A stretch of DNA of 64,000 bases from Fidelibacterota bacterium (GCA_021734325.1 JAIPJF010000017.1:5252-69251); one strand, 5' to 3'; numbered from the stretch's first letter, positions 1-10,666 are shown. Numbers and translations: made by a program. Notes: generated from the letters alone by a model not told the origin.

Positions 1-1
1 G

Positions 2-226
2 AAGTATACCAGCTATGAAAATTATGAAAGCGATATTCTGACCAAATCAACCAAAACGCAGACAAACATGCAACTAAACACTCAGTATACATTCAATGCA
101 TTAACAATTGGTGAGACCATTGTTAAGTCACGCGTCATAGGAAGTTATGAGCGACGTCAGTACGCCAGTGAATACACTGACTACTCCGACAATATGATCT
201 CAGCTAGATTTGAAACAACATTTTAG
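2..226 (+). CDS. 3' end of an upstream gene, probably an outer-membrane beta-barrel protein (partial)
   Basis: Frame 2 is open from the window edge to TAG at 224-226 and ends ...DNMISARFETTF*. Alternating residues and a terminal Phe are typical of OMPs. Confidence 0.55.
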   Translation, partial: KYTSYENYESDILTKSTKTQTNMQLNTQYTFNALTIGETIVKSRVIGSYERRQYASEYTDYSDNMISARFETTF

Positions 227-258
227 GCAAAAGTATCAATAAAATTGGGGGGTTCGAC

Positions 259-2676
259 ATGCTAAAAAAATACGGCATAGGAATCTTATTTACATTTATT
301 ACCATAGTTTTGGTACTCTTGATTCAGCTTCTTGGCCTTTTTGATTTAGCAAATTACAAGATGCTTGATTTTAATTTTCAGTTGCGAGGTCCTCTGTCAT
401 CCTGGGCTTCTCACCAGGAAAATCCCAACGATAGTTTGGATGTTATTCTTATTGATGTTGATGATGAGACCTATAGAATACTCTCAGATATTGGCTGGCC
501 CTATCCCCGTGGAAAAATATGGAATAGAGTGATTACCAATCTGGCAGATGCAGGGGCAAAGGTAATCGTATTTGATGTTCAATTTGACTCCCGTGATGCT
601 CATACAGCTGTGGCTTTAACTGTATTCGATGGACACCTTCCGGATAACTATGTTGATGGCGATATGGCCATTGCAAACGCCATAGAGTATGCTCGGACCA
701 AAGGTACTGAAGTTGTGATGGCTTCCACGATTAAGAATGAACCATCCCGGATTCCCCCAGAAATATTGATTACTCCCAATGATGTAATCATGCAGGCAAA
801 TCCTGATCATGGTTTGGTGGATATTGATGAGGATAAAGATCACTTCACGCGTCGATACAGAGTGTTCAATGTTTTGGGCCACGATTCGGATCAGTGGCTA
901 CTTTCTCTGGGGCTTAAGGCAGTGAAATATTTTCTCGATATACCAGATGAGCCTGGAATAAGCTATAATTGGGAAAAGCACGAATTTGAATATGGTCCCA
1001 TTAAGATCCCGACCTACGGTTCAGACTATCCTGGTTTCCTCACCAACATTTACGGGCCTGCATCTCACGCCCGAATAGGGGAGTCTGAGCCATGGCAAAC
1101 TTTTCAGAGATTTCCACTGGCCTGGATTATTGATACTGATGATTTTGATCTACCTGTTTTTGAAGAGGACACGGATTGGATGGGGACGTTTGACCCAAAT
1201 AGCTCTCTCAACATGATGATGAGCATGGTTGATCCCGAATACCAGGTACCTGAGAGCCCTTTCAGAGATAAAATATGTGTAATTGGTGTCTCTGTTGAAG
1301 TCATGCACGATTATAAATCAACAGCGTTTTTTGATTATCTGGGCGCCCCAACTTTAATGCCTGGGTTCGAATATCATGCGAACGCCATTCAGACATTACT
1401 GGATCAAAATTTTGTGCAAGTATGGGGAAACACAATCGAATTTACTTCTGACTCAGCTGCCTATCAAATATTTCTGATCATTATATGTGCAGTATTGGCC
1501 TACCTGATCATTGCCTTTTTTGATCCTCTTTGGGGTGGACTCCTGATAATAATTGAAGCGATCATTTTGTTTGACATCAGCATCACGATGTTCACAACGG
1601 ATACGTGGTGGTTGTTTAAATGGATATCAGGTAATGCAGAAAGTATTCAGGTTCCCCCAGCTGGTCATACAATGTTCATCCCTATTGTGGCTCCCCTATT
1701 TGTCATGGCCCTCACTTACCTGACAAATGTCTTGTATAAATTCATTCAGGAGCAGCGTGATAAACACTTTCTCAAAGATACGTTTGGTACCTATATCTCT
1801 CCAGATCTTATCGATCAACTGTATGAAGAAAAGCGTGAACCAAAGCTTGGTGGAGAAGAGTCTGTTCATACTGCTTACTTCACCGATATTCAAAGTTTTT
1901 CAAGCTTTTCGGAAAAACTCACGGCAACTGAGCTGGTTGAACTTCTTAACGAATATCTAACCAAGATGACAGATGTCTTGCTGTCAAACCTGGGGACACT
2001 TGATAAATATGAAGGTGATGCTATTGTCGCCTTCTACGGAGCACCCGTCCCTGTCCCAGACCATGAATATCGTGCTTGTCTGACTGCACTACAAATGCAG
2101 TCGAACCTCGATGGTCTTAGAGAAAAATGGCTGAATGAGGGTGATCGTTGGCCGGAAGTTGTTCATAATATGCGTATGAGGATCGGTATCGCGTCTGGAA
2201 TGATGGTGACTGGCAATATGGGCTCAGCTCAAAGAATGAACTACACCATGATGGGAGATATTGTTAATACTGCTGCCCGTTTGGAGGAAAGCGCCAAACA
2301 GTATGGCGTGTACAATCATGTTCTAAAGGCAACTCGAGACGCGTGTGAAGATAAATTCGAATGGCGCGACATAGATATTGTAAAAGTTGTTGGAAAAAGT
2401 GAAGCAGTTCACGCCTATGAATTAATTTCACGTAGGGGAGAATTGCCATCTGGATATGAGAAATTACTACCAGCATATGATGAAGCATTACAACTCTTCA
2501 GGTCACGAAAATGGGACCTGGCATCTGAGGCGTTTAAAGCTGCAGAAAAATATGAAGATATGTTCCCTGGCCGGAAAAGCAATCCATGTCTGACTTATAT
2601 CAGTAGAATAGAAGACTATAAGCAGAATCCTCCTGGCGATGATTGGGATGGTAGTCATACTTTAACAAGAAAATAG
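259..2676 (+). CDS. CHASE2-domain class III adenylate cyclase with C-terminal TPR-like tail
   Basis: CHASE2 motifs (IDVDDET, WPYPR, VIVFDVQF, MPGFEYHANAIQTLL), TM helices, then cyclase motifs FTDIQSFS, DKYEGDAIVAFYG and YTMMGDIVNTAARLE. Confidence 0.92.
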   Translation: MLKKYGIGILFTFITIVLVLLIQLLGLFDLANYKMLDFNFQLRGPLSSWASHQENPNDSLDVILIDVDDETYRILSDIGWPYPRGKIWNRVITNLADAGAKVIVFDVQFDSRDAHTAVALTVFDGHLPDNYVDGDMAIANAIEYARTKGTEVVMASTIKNEPSRIPPEILITPNDVIMQANPDHGLVDIDEDKDHFTRRYRVFNVLGHDSDQWLLSLGLKAVKYFLDIPDEPGISYNWEKHEFEYGPIKIPTYGSDYPGFLTNIYGPASHARIGESEPWQTFQRFPLAWIIDTDDFDLPVFEEDTDWMGTFDPNSSLNMMMSMVDPEYQVPESPFRDKICVIGVSVEVMHDYKSTAFFDYLGAPTLMPGFEYHANAIQTLLDQNFVQVWGNTIEFTSDSAAYQIFLIIICAVLAYLIIAFFDPLWGGLLIIIEAIILFDISITMFTTDTWWLFKWISGNAESIQVPPAGHTMFIPIVAPLFVMALTYLTNVLYKFIQEQRDKHFLKDTFGTYISPDLIDQLYEEKREPKLGGEESVHTAYFTDIQSFSSFSEKLTATELVELLNEYLTKMTDVLLSNLGTLDKYEGDAIVAFYGAPVPVPDHEYRACLTALQMQSNLDGLREKWLNEGDRWPEVVHNMRMRIGIASGMMVTGNMGSAQRMNYTMMGDIVNTAARLEESAKQYGVYNHVLKATRDACEDKFEWRDIDIVKVVGKSEAVHAYELISRRGELPSGYEKLLPAYDEALQLFRSRKWDLASEAFKAAEKYEDMFPGRKSNPCLTYISRIEDYKQNPPGDDWDGSHTLTRK

Positions 2677-2813
2677 CTCGGCGCTCAATCGTAAGGTTGA
2701 AGTTCCGATTTCATTTTAATTATCGATTTGGAAATTAGTTTATTGAAAACACTATTATTCTGAATACCAAAGAATAGTGTTTCCTAGACATCTTCTGCAC
2801 ATATTTTCGACCC

Positions 2814-4382
2814 ATGTCAGCAAATGAACTAAATCGCGGAAAAATACTGTGGGCCGACGATGAGATTGATTTGTTGCGATCGCACGTATTATTCCTTGAG
2901 GGGAAGGGATTCCAGCTTACGACCGTTACCAATGGCGATGACGCCATCGCTCTGTGTGCGAAACAGCGCTTCGATATTGTACTCCTTGATGAAAACATGC
3001 CCGGAAAAGATGGATTGGAAACACTCGCGATCTTGAAGGCAGAATTTCCTGCTTTACCAATTATAATGATCACCAAGAATGAAGAAGAGCGCCTGATGGA
3101 AGAAGCCATTGGCAGTCGCATATCAGATTATCTGACAAAACCGGTGAACCCGTCCCAGATTCTCCTGGCCATCATGAAAATACTTGAAAATCAACAGATT
3201 AAACAAGACGCAGTCTCCGAAAAATACATGCTCGCATTTGGTGAACTTGCCCGGCAGATAGAAAGTAATCCTGATTCCCAGGCCTGGATAAATATTCATA
3301 ACCAATTATCAACATGGGAATTGGAACTCGACGACTACCCCGATCTTGGATTCGACGAAATGCTGTTGCAGCAGCAGCATGAAGCAAATGACCTTTTTAC
3401 CAGATATGTCAGATCCAATTATGAGTCATGGGTCAATGCGCCTTCCGATAGGCGTCCAGTGCTGTCGCCAGATGTATTTTCAACAGCGGTGAAGCCACTT
3501 TTAGAAGAGGGTCATAAGGTATTATTTCTGATCATTGATTGCATGAGATGGGATCAGTGGTTGACGCTTGAACCCCTGTTGTACGAAGAGTACCAGATCA
3601 AACGCAATGGATACTATTCTTTGCTTCCAACAACTACAGAATTTAGTCGTAATGCTATTTTTAGCGGGCTATTTCCCGATGATATGAAAAGATTTCATTC
3701 TGACTGGTGGACAAGTCATGAAAACTATGGCCTCAATCAGCATGAGAAGGATTTTCTTCACGAAAATATCAGACGATCAGGACTTTCATTAAAGCCAGAG
3801 GCTCGATATAAAAAAATTATCAGCAATCATGAGGGACAGCAATTCGCGAAGCAATTCGCCTCATGGAGTAGTCAAAAGCTTGTTGCCCTGGTGGTTAATC
3901 AGGTAGATCTTCTCGCCCATCGAAGGACGGATTCACCCTTGTTAAAAGAAATTCTTCCAAATGAAGCGAGCTATAGAGAGATCGTTAGAGCCTGGTTTAA
4001 TAATTCATGGATCAAGCAAGTAATTTCTACGGCTGCAAAGTTGGATTTTAAGGTTGTCATCACCTCGGATCATGGAAGTATTCGAGTGCAGCACCCCACC
4101 CAGATTCTGGCTGATCGCGAGGCATCAACCAACATAAGATTTAAACAAGGTCGAAATCTGAAACCGAATACAAAAGATGCATGGTATATTGATAACCCAG
4201 AAAGAATTCGATTACCATCCAATTCCAGCACAGATACCTTGGCTATAGCACAAAAGATGTATTATTTCCTTTATCCTAACAATTATCGTAAATATCAAAC
4301 AAAATATGCAGATACCTATCAACATGGCGGTCTTAGCATGTGGGAGATGATCATTCCACTTATCAGCCTGGATCCAAAGTAA
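2814..4382 (+). CDS. porX: PorX-like response regulator (receiver domain plus PglZ/alkaline-phosphatase-family domain)
   Basis: REC motifs ILWADDE, LLDENMPG and MITKNEE; PglZ motifs IIDCMRWDQW, LPTTTEFSRNAIF, TSDHGS and YQHGG; immediately upstream of tsaE as in Bacteroidota. Confidence 0.88.
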   Translation: MSANELNRGKILWADDEIDLLRSHVLFLEGKGFQLTTVTNGDDAIALCAKQRFDIVLLDENMPGKDGLETLAILKAEFPALPIIMITKNEEERLMEEAIGSRISDYLTKPVNPSQILLAIMKILENQQIKQDAVSEKYMLAFGELARQIESNPDSQAWINIHNQLSTWELELDDYPDLGFDEMLLQQQHEANDLFTRYVRSNYESWVNAPSDRRPVLSPDVFSTAVKPLLEEGHKVLFLIIDCMRWDQWLTLEPLLYEEYQIKRNGYYSLLPTTTEFSRNAIFSGLFPDDMKRFHSDWWTSHENYGLNQHEKDFLHENIRRSGLSLKPEARYKKIISNHEGQQFAKQFASWSSQKLVALVVNQVDLLAHRRTDSPLLKEILPNEASYREIVRAWFNNSWIKQVISTAAKLDFKVVITSDHGSIRVQHPTQILADREASTNIRFKQGRNLKPNTKDAWYIDNPERIRLPSNSSTDTLAIAQKMYYFLYPNNYRKYQTKYADTYQHGGLSMWEMIIPLISLDPK

Positions 4383-4828
4383 TGTTCGAGTATCACTTTC
4401 ATACAGGTGGTAGCGATGAAACAAAGGCGCTCGCGATGAAGCTGGCGGCTCAGTTAAGACCGGGTGAAGTGCTGGCTATGTCAGGTGATCTGGCAAGCGG
4501 AAAAACTACATTTACTCAGGGGATCACACAATATTTCCAAATAGAAGAGTATGCGTTAAGTCCGACCTTTACATATATCAATGAATACCACGGAAAGACG
4601 CAAAATATTGTCCATATTGATGCCTACAGATTAACGAGTGGGAGCGAGCTGGTCGCAATGGGGCTTTGGGATTATTATAATTCCGGGGCAATCATTATTA
4701 TCGAATGGGCAGATATTGTTGCCGATGCAATTCCAGAAGATGCAATTGGACTAAGCTTCAAGACAGCAAGTGGTAACGAAAATGGAAGAGAGATCAAGAT
4801 TATTTCACCCAGAGATCTAAGTCTGTAA
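4382..4828 (+). CDS. tsaE: tRNA t6A biosynthesis ATPase TsaE
   Basis: GDLASGKT Walker A, SPTF, HIDAYRL and IIEWAD. Start placed at ATG 4382, which overlaps the porX stop (TAATG). Confidence 0.93.
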   Translation: MFEYHFHTGGSDETKALAMKLAAQLRPGEVLAMSGDLASGKTTFTQGITQYFQIEEYALSPTFTYINEYHGKTQNIVHIDAYRLTSGSELVAMGLWDYYNSGAIIIIEWADIVADAIPEDAIGLSFKTASGNENGREIKIISPRDLSL

Positions 4829-4829
4829 A

Positions 4830-5504
4830 ATGATTATTGCCTGTGATACATCGTCTGTTGTTTGCTCAGTTGCAGTAAGCCATCACGGACAAATTCTTGA
4901 GAAATGGTCGGATAGTGGGTCCCAAATCCATATTGAAAAGCTATCTCCCTTTTTAGAGCAAGCATTGAGGCTCTGTCACTCCAGAACAGAAGGTATTGAT
5001 GCTCTCGCTCTTGCCATTGGCCCTGGCAGTTTTAATGGACTGAGGATCGGTCTGGCGAACATGAAGGCTCTTGCTTTATCTTTAAATTTGCCCTTGATCC
5101 CCATATCAACTATAGATGCAATGGCTCGGGGATTGGGTGCAGATGTAAAACGGTATGGAAGAGGCGTGGTATTTTCTCACAGAAACTATGTCCACTTCGC
5201 CGATTATGATTTAAAGAACTGGGACCCTTCCAAGGAACGGGAATATTTTTACGGCCCATGGGGGGATCTTCTTGACAGCAAAATAGATTTTTATTTTGGA
5301 ACGATTGATCGGGGTCTTGCTGAATGGTTGAAGGGCGAAGGAAAACCCCTTGCAGAGAGATTCCTGAATGTTAAGGCAGATGCATCTACTGTTGCCCTTC
5401 TTGCTGAGTCCAGACTGGCAAAAGAAATCCCTGATCTCGATCAATTGGAACCATTTTATAACGCCATTTACGAGGCAAAAAAATGGGTTCCCCCGCAGTT
5501 TTAA
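4830..5504 (+). CDS. tsaB: tRNA t6A biosynthesis protein TsaB
   Basis: IACDTS and GPGSFNGLRIG motifs; C-terminal LEPFY. Confidence 0.93.
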   Translation: MIIACDTSSVVCSVAVSHHGQILEKWSDSGSQIHIEKLSPFLEQALRLCHSRTEGIDALALAIGPGSFNGLRIGLANMKALALSLNLPLIPISTIDAMARGLGADVKRYGRGVVFSHRNYVHFADYDLKNWDPSKEREYFYGPWGDLLDSKIDFYFGTIDRGLAEWLKGEGKPLAERFLNVKADASTVALLAESRLAKEIPDLDQLEPFYNAIYEAKKWVPPQF

Positions 5505-5640
5505 AGCAGGGATCGGGTAACAGAGTTTCCAATTGAATGCATTTTTCAAGGATGAAAAAAGAATTACAAATTGGTCATCCTCGCTTTATTGGTTATTATG
5601 TCAATGGGGCTAAGATCGTTTAGCAATTAAGGGAAAGCAG

Positions 5641-6492
5641 ATGAGTTGGTTTCGTCGTAAAGATAAAAATATTCAAACCGAAAGTTCGGAAAAGAAGGAT
5701 ATCAAAGAAGGCTTGTGGGTTAAATGTCCAAGCTGTAGACAAATCCTTTATAAAGCGGAATTAATTCAAAGCAACAATGTTTGCTATAAATGCGGGTACC
5801 ATTTTAGGATTCCTGCTGGCAATTATGTAGATATCATCCTGGATGAAGCTGGGAGAGAAAGTCATTTTCTGAATATTAAACCTCAGGATCCGCTAAAATT
5901 CAAAGCTCAAAAAAAATATAGTGACCAGCTTGTTGCTGCTCAACAAAAAACAGGTCAGAACGATGCAGTCAGGGTTATCGAGGGCTTGCTGAATGGAAAA
6001 TCAGTCATTCTTGCAGTTATGGATTTCTCGTTTATTGGCGGGAGTATGGGGTCTGCTGTCGGTGAGCTTCTGTCAAAGGCCACCGGTCTTGCAAGGGAGA
6101 AGAAATTTCCCCTGATCATTGTTTCCGCCTCAGGTGGTGCCCGGATGATGGAGGGCGCCTATTCACTCATGCAAATGGCTAAGACATCTGCAAAATTAGG
6201 TCAATTGGCTGAGGAAAAAGTCCCATATATTTCTGTCATGACAGACCCTACTACAGGAGGGGTGACAGCCAGTTTTGCAATGCTGGGTGATATAAACATT
6301 GCTGAACCTGGAGCCTTGATCGGATTTGCTGGTGAGAGGGTCATCAAGCAAACTATTGGCGCGGATCTGCCAGAAGGCTTTCAGAGAGCAGAATTTCTGC
6401 TTGAAAAAGGTTTCCTGGATTTGATTGTATCCAGGGATAACCTCAAGCAGCAGATATCTGAAATTCTTGATATACTCTATGTCCAAGCCTAA
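5641..6492 (+). CDS. accD: acetyl-CoA carboxylase carboxyltransferase beta subunit
   Basis: LWVKCPSC...CYKC zinc finger, FIGGSMG, SGGARMMEG and DPTTGGVTASFA. Confidence 0.97.
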   Translation: MSWFRRKDKNIQTESSEKKDIKEGLWVKCPSCRQILYKAELIQSNNVCYKCGYHFRIPAGNYVDIILDEAGRESHFLNIKPQDPLKFKAQKKYSDQLVAAQQKTGQNDAVRVIEGLLNGKSVILAVMDFSFIGGSMGSAVGELLSKATGLAREKKFPLIIVSASGGARMMEGAYSLMQMAKTSAKLGQLAEEKVPYISVMTDPTTGGVTASFAMLGDINIAEPGALIGFAGERVIKQTIGADLPEGFQRAEFLLEKGFLDLIVSRDNLKQQISEILDILYVQA

Positions 6493-7249
6493 GATTTTAT
6501 TAACAAATGATGATGGTATCAACGCTCAGGGGATTATCACTCTAGCTGAATCATTAGCGGATATGGCCGAATTGTACATCGTTGCGCCAATTTTTGAGAT
6601 GAGTGCAATGGGCCATGCCATAACCATCTCTGACCCTCTTAAAGTGACTGAAATTTATCGAGATGGTCATCACTTCGGCTGGGGTATTGGTGGTACACCG
6701 GCTGACTGTGTTAAACTCGCTATCAATGGCTCACTCATTCCCAGACCTGATATGGTTATTTCAGGAATAAACCAGGGTGCGAATGTGGGTGTTGATATCA
6801 TTTATTCTGGTACTGTATCTGCGGCGTATGAGGGCACCATTCTGAATATTCCTGCAATGGCAATTTCTTTAGATTCCTTTACCCAGACTGATTTTTCAGA
6901 TGCAGCCAAAGTTGCCCGGGTATTGGTTTCCAAAATATTGGAAGAGGGATTGCCCCAGGGAACCTTGCTAAACGTTAATGTCCCCTCTGGACCCTATGAA
7001 TCTTTTAAGGGATATCAAATTACATCCCAGGGGAGTGGGACATACGAAGAAAAGCTTGAACGACGTGAAGATCCAAGGAAACGTGTATATTATTGGTTGT
7101 ACGGAACCCGTATATACAAAAATGATAATCCTGAATTTGATGAAAATGCCGTTCGAAATGGGTTCGTATCTGTTACACCGCTACACTATGAATTAACCAA
7201 TAAATCGTTTATGGATTCTTTACGATCCTGGAAATTAGGAAAAGATTAG
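6479..7249 (+). CDS. surE: 5'/3'-nucleotidase SurE
   Basis: ILLTNDDG, GTPADCV, SGINQGAN and YSGTVSAA. Start moved to ATG 6479 (MSKPKILL). Confidence 0.96.
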   Translation: MSKPKILLTNDDGINAQGIITLAESLADMAELYIVAPIFEMSAMGHAITISDPLKVTEIYRDGHHFGWGIGGTPADCVKLAINGSLIPRPDMVISGINQGANVGVDIIYSGTVSAAYEGTILNIPAMAISLDSFTQTDFSDAAKVARVLVSKILEEGLPQGTLLNVNVPSGPYESFKGYQITSQGSGTYEEKLERREDPRKRVYYWLYGTRIYKNDNPEFDENAVRNGFVSVTPLHYELTNKSFMDSLRSWKLGKD

Positions 7250-7255
7250 AAAAAC

Positions 7256-8788
7256 ATGCATGAACTCGCCCTCATATTAGATTTTGGATCGCAATATACA
7301 CAATTGATCGCCAGAAGGGTGCGGGAGGAGCAGGTTTACTGCCGAATTGAACGTTCTGACATTACAGCAGAACTAATCCGCAAAATGGATCCCAGAGCTA
7401 TCATCCTATCGGGGGGACCGAATAGTATCTTTGAGGAAGGAGCTCCCCAAATAGATCCAGATATTTTTGATCTGGGAATTCCTATCCTGGGAGTGTGTTA
7501 TGGCTTGCAATTATTAGCAAGACACTATAATGGAATGGTTACACCAGGAGAGACCAGGGAATATGGACCAATGGGCATAAAATTCCCGACTGAGAGTGCT
7601 CTGTTCAAGGACGTTGAGGAGAATTCCCAGGTATGGATGAGTCATGGTGACCATGTAGAGTCCATAAGTGAATCATTTGATATCATCGCCAGATCTTCAG
7701 GCGGTTTGATTGCTGGTCTAGCACATAGATCCAAACCGATCTATGGTGTGCAGTTTCACCCGGAGGTAAATCATACGGTCCAGGGACAAACGATGATCAG
7801 CAATTTTCTTTTCCGAATTGCCAGATTTAGTCGTGATTGGACATCTTCAAGTTTTATTGAATCTTCAATTAAAAATATTCAAGATACGGTAGGAGATAAA
7901 AAGGTCCTCCTCGGTTTGAGCGGTGGGGTTGATTCATCCGTATTAGCATTTCTCATGCATGAGGCAATAGGGGACAATTGTATTCCTGTCTTTATTAACA
8001 ATGGTCTACTAAGAACAAACGAAACTGCTGAAGTAAAATCACTTTTTGAAGCTTCCCATATCAAGATATACCAGTATGACTACTCTCAGATCTTTCTGTC
8101 CGAGTTGGCGGGTATAAAGGATCCGGAAAAAAAGAGAAAGATCATTGGTCGAGTCTTCATCGAATCATTTGAAGAAGTGGCAAATACTTATTCGGATATT
8201 GAGTTTTTAGCTCAGGGCACTCTTTATCCGGATGTGATAGAAAGCGGTTCTTCCTCGGGCTATGCGGTAACTATCAAGAGCCATCACAATGTTGGGGGAC
8301 TACCGGAAAAGATGTCCCTGAAAGTTCTTGAACCCTTTAAGGAGCTTTTTAAAGATGAAGTTCGTGCAGTAGGCAGAATACTGGGTGTTCCTCCTAAAAT
8401 CATAGGTCGGCACCCCTTTCCAGGTCCAGGTTTGGCTGTCCGGTGTTTAGGGGAAATTACTGTGGAACGTTTGAACATTTTAAGGGCAGCCGATAAAATA
8501 TTTATTGAGACTTTGTATGAAACTGGTTGGTATGATAAGATCTGGCAGGCCTTCTCTGTAATTCTTCCTCTACAGACAGTTGGTGTCATGGGAGATAAGC
8601 GTACCTATGAAAATGTGCTGGCAATCAGAGCGGTCCATAGTCTGGATGGCATGACTGCTGATTGGGTAAGAATTCCTTATGAAATCCTAGCCGAGGTTTC
8701 GAGTAAAATTGTCAACTCAGTTGCCGGTGTGAATCGCGTTGTTTACGATATTACCTCCAAACCTCCCGGAACTATTGAATGGGAATAG
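7256..8788 (+). CDS. guaA: GMP synthase (glutamine-hydrolysing)
   Basis: LDFGSQYTQLIARR, GVCYG, QFHPEV, SGGVDS, IKSHHNVGG and KPPGTIEWE. Confidence 0.98.
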   Translation: MHELALILDFGSQYTQLIARRVREEQVYCRIERSDITAELIRKMDPRAIILSGGPNSIFEEGAPQIDPDIFDLGIPILGVCYGLQLLARHYNGMVTPGETREYGPMGIKFPTESALFKDVEENSQVWMSHGDHVESISESFDIIARSSGGLIAGLAHRSKPIYGVQFHPEVNHTVQGQTMISNFLFRIARFSRDWTSSSFIESSIKNIQDTVGDKKVLLGLSGGVDSSVLAFLMHEAIGDNCIPVFINNGLLRTNETAEVKSLFEASHIKIYQYDYSQIFLSELAGIKDPEKKRKIIGRVFIESFEEVANTYSDIEFLAQGTLYPDVIESGSSSGYAVTIKSHHNVGGLPEKMSLKVLEPFKELFKDEVRAVGRILGVPPKIIGRHPFPGPGLAVRCLGEITVERLNILRAADKIFIETLYETGWYDKIWQAFSVILPLQTVGVMGDKRTYENVLAIRAVHSLDGMTADWVRIPYEILAEVSSKIVNSVAGVNRVVYDITSKPPGTIEWE

Positions 8789-8835
8789 CATTGAAATTCA
8801 TGTGTGAAATATAATCAAGGATTAAATACTTAATA

Positions 8836-10662
8836 ATGTGCGGAATTGTCGGATATGTAGGTAAAAATAATGGTGTTCCTGTTGTGATGGAGGGATTACA
8901 GCGTCTGGAATATCGCGGGTATGATTCATGTGGTATTGCTCTGCTCAATGGTGGTGGTATTGAACTAGAAAAGGTCACCGGGAAAGTAAGTGAATTGATG
9001 CAGACGATCGCGCCTCGGCAGATGAAGAGCGGCGTCGCAATTGGACATACTCGCTGGGCAACGCATGGGATGCCAAGTCGGGCAAATGCACATCCTCATA
9101 TCAGTCAAGACGGCAAAATTGCTGTAGTTCACAACGGTATCATTGAGAACTACAAGGTCCTTAGGGATGAACTTGAGAATACAGGTTATATATTTAGTAG
9201 TGAAACAGATACAGAGGTGCTGGCGGCCTTGATTTGCCAGGCATACAGCGGTAATCTCGAACACGCTGTTCGTGAAGCGCTTTCTTATGTTGTTGGCGCC
9301 TATGGACTTGCGATCATTCATGCGGATGAGCCAGAGAAAATCGTATGTACACGCAAAGGCGCACCCCTTATCATGGCGGTAGGTGAAGATGAATATTTTG
9401 TTGCCTCAGATGTTGCCGCAATATTGAAATACTCTAAGAATGTGATCTATTTGGAGAATGATGAAATTGGAGTTATCACACGAGATGGGATCAAGACATA
9501 CTCGAGTGATGATGAACAGATATCAAAAAAAATTCACAAGATTACATTTAAGCTTGAAGAAGTTGAAAAGAGTGGCTATGAGCATTTTATGCTCAAGGAG
9601 ATATTTAGTCAGCCGCAAACAATTTATGATGCCATGAGAGGTCGCCTCCTCCCAGAGGAAGGGAATGCCCACCTTGGTGGTATCGATCACATGACAGGGG
9701 CCATCCTCCATGCTGATCAACGTTATTTCACAGCATGTGGTACTTCCTGGCATGCTGCGCTCATCGGCGAGATGATGTTTGAGCAATTTGCCAGACTTCC
9801 CTGCGAAGTTGAATATGCAAGCGAATTCCGCTATAGGGAACCCCTTGTTGATGCAAAATCCATTGTATTTGCTATCAGTCAATCAGGGGAAACTGCAGAT
9901 ACCTTGGCTGCGATTCAGGAAGCAAAGCAAAGAGATGCAAAAGTACTGGGAATCTGTAATGTTGTGGGAAGCTCAATTGCACGAGAGACAGAAGCAGGAG
10001 TTTATATCCATGCTGGTCCTGAGATCGGTGTCGCTTCAACAAAAGCCTTTACTTCCCAGGTGACAGTATTGTCCTTACTCACCCTTAAACTTGCTCGACT
10101 CATGGGGATGAGTCAAGAAAATGGGAAGGCAATATGTCAAAGCTTACAGAAATTACCCGAAAATGTTGAATGGGTTTTAAAACAAGCGGATCAAATCGCT
10201 GAGATTGCTAAGTTATATTCTGATGCTTCCAATTTTCTATATTTAGGGAGGGGTGTCAATTTCCCAGTTGCACTTGAGGGGGCTCTGAAATTAAAAGAGA
10301 TCTCCTACATTCATGCCGAAGGTTATCCGGCTGCAGAAATGAAGCACGGTCCAATAGCCCTGATTGATGAATCAATGCCCATCGTTGCCATTGCACCTCA
10401 GGACAAGACCTATGACAAACTGATCAGCAACATCGAAGAGGTCAAAGCACGCAAGGGTCGTGTTATTGCCTTGGCAACGCAGGGGGATGAACGGATAAAG
10501 GATATTGCAGATCACGTGCTCTATGTACCGCCTGCTCTCTCATTCACAGCCCCGATATTAAATGTGATACCGCTTCAATTATTATCCTATTACATCGCAG
10601 TCGAGCGTGGCTGTAATGTTGATCAACCGCGAAATTTAGCAAAAAGTGTAACAGTGGAATAA
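8836..10662 (+). CDS. glmS: glutamine--fructose-6-phosphate aminotransferase
   Basis: MCGIVG N-terminus, HTRWATHG, SQSGETADT and PRNLAKSVTVE C-terminus. Confidence 0.98.
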   Translation: MCGIVGYVGKNNGVPVVMEGLQRLEYRGYDSCGIALLNGGGIELEKVTGKVSELMQTIAPRQMKSGVAIGHTRWATHGMPSRANAHPHISQDGKIAVVHNGIIENYKVLRDELENTGYIFSSETDTEVLAALICQAYSGNLEHAVREALSYVVGAYGLAIIHADEPEKIVCTRKGAPLIMAVGEDEYFVASDVAAILKYSKNVIYLENDEIGVITRDGIKTYSSDDEQISKKIHKITFKLEEVEKSGYEHFMLKEIFSQPQTIYDAMRGRLLPEEGNAHLGGIDHMTGAILHADQRYFTACGTSWHAALIGEMMFEQFARLPCEVEYASEFRYREPLVDAKSIVFAISQSGETADTLAAIQEAKQRDAKVLGICNVVGSSIARETEAGVYIHAGPEIGVASTKAFTSQVTVLSLLTLKLARLMGMSQENGKAICQSLQKLPENVEWVLKQADQIAEIAKLYSDASNFLYLGRGVNFPVALEGALKLKEISYIHAEGYPAAEMKHGPIALIDESMPIVAIAPQDKTYDKLISNIEEVKARKGRVIALATQGDERIKDIADHVLYVPPALSFTAPILNVIPLQLLSYYIAVERGCNVDQPRNLAKSVTVE

Positions 10663-10666
10663 ATCG

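Noticed and set aside
8789-8835. glmS ribozyme upstream of glmS
   Set aside because: The intergenic space is only 47 nt and AT-rich, too short for the ribozyme.
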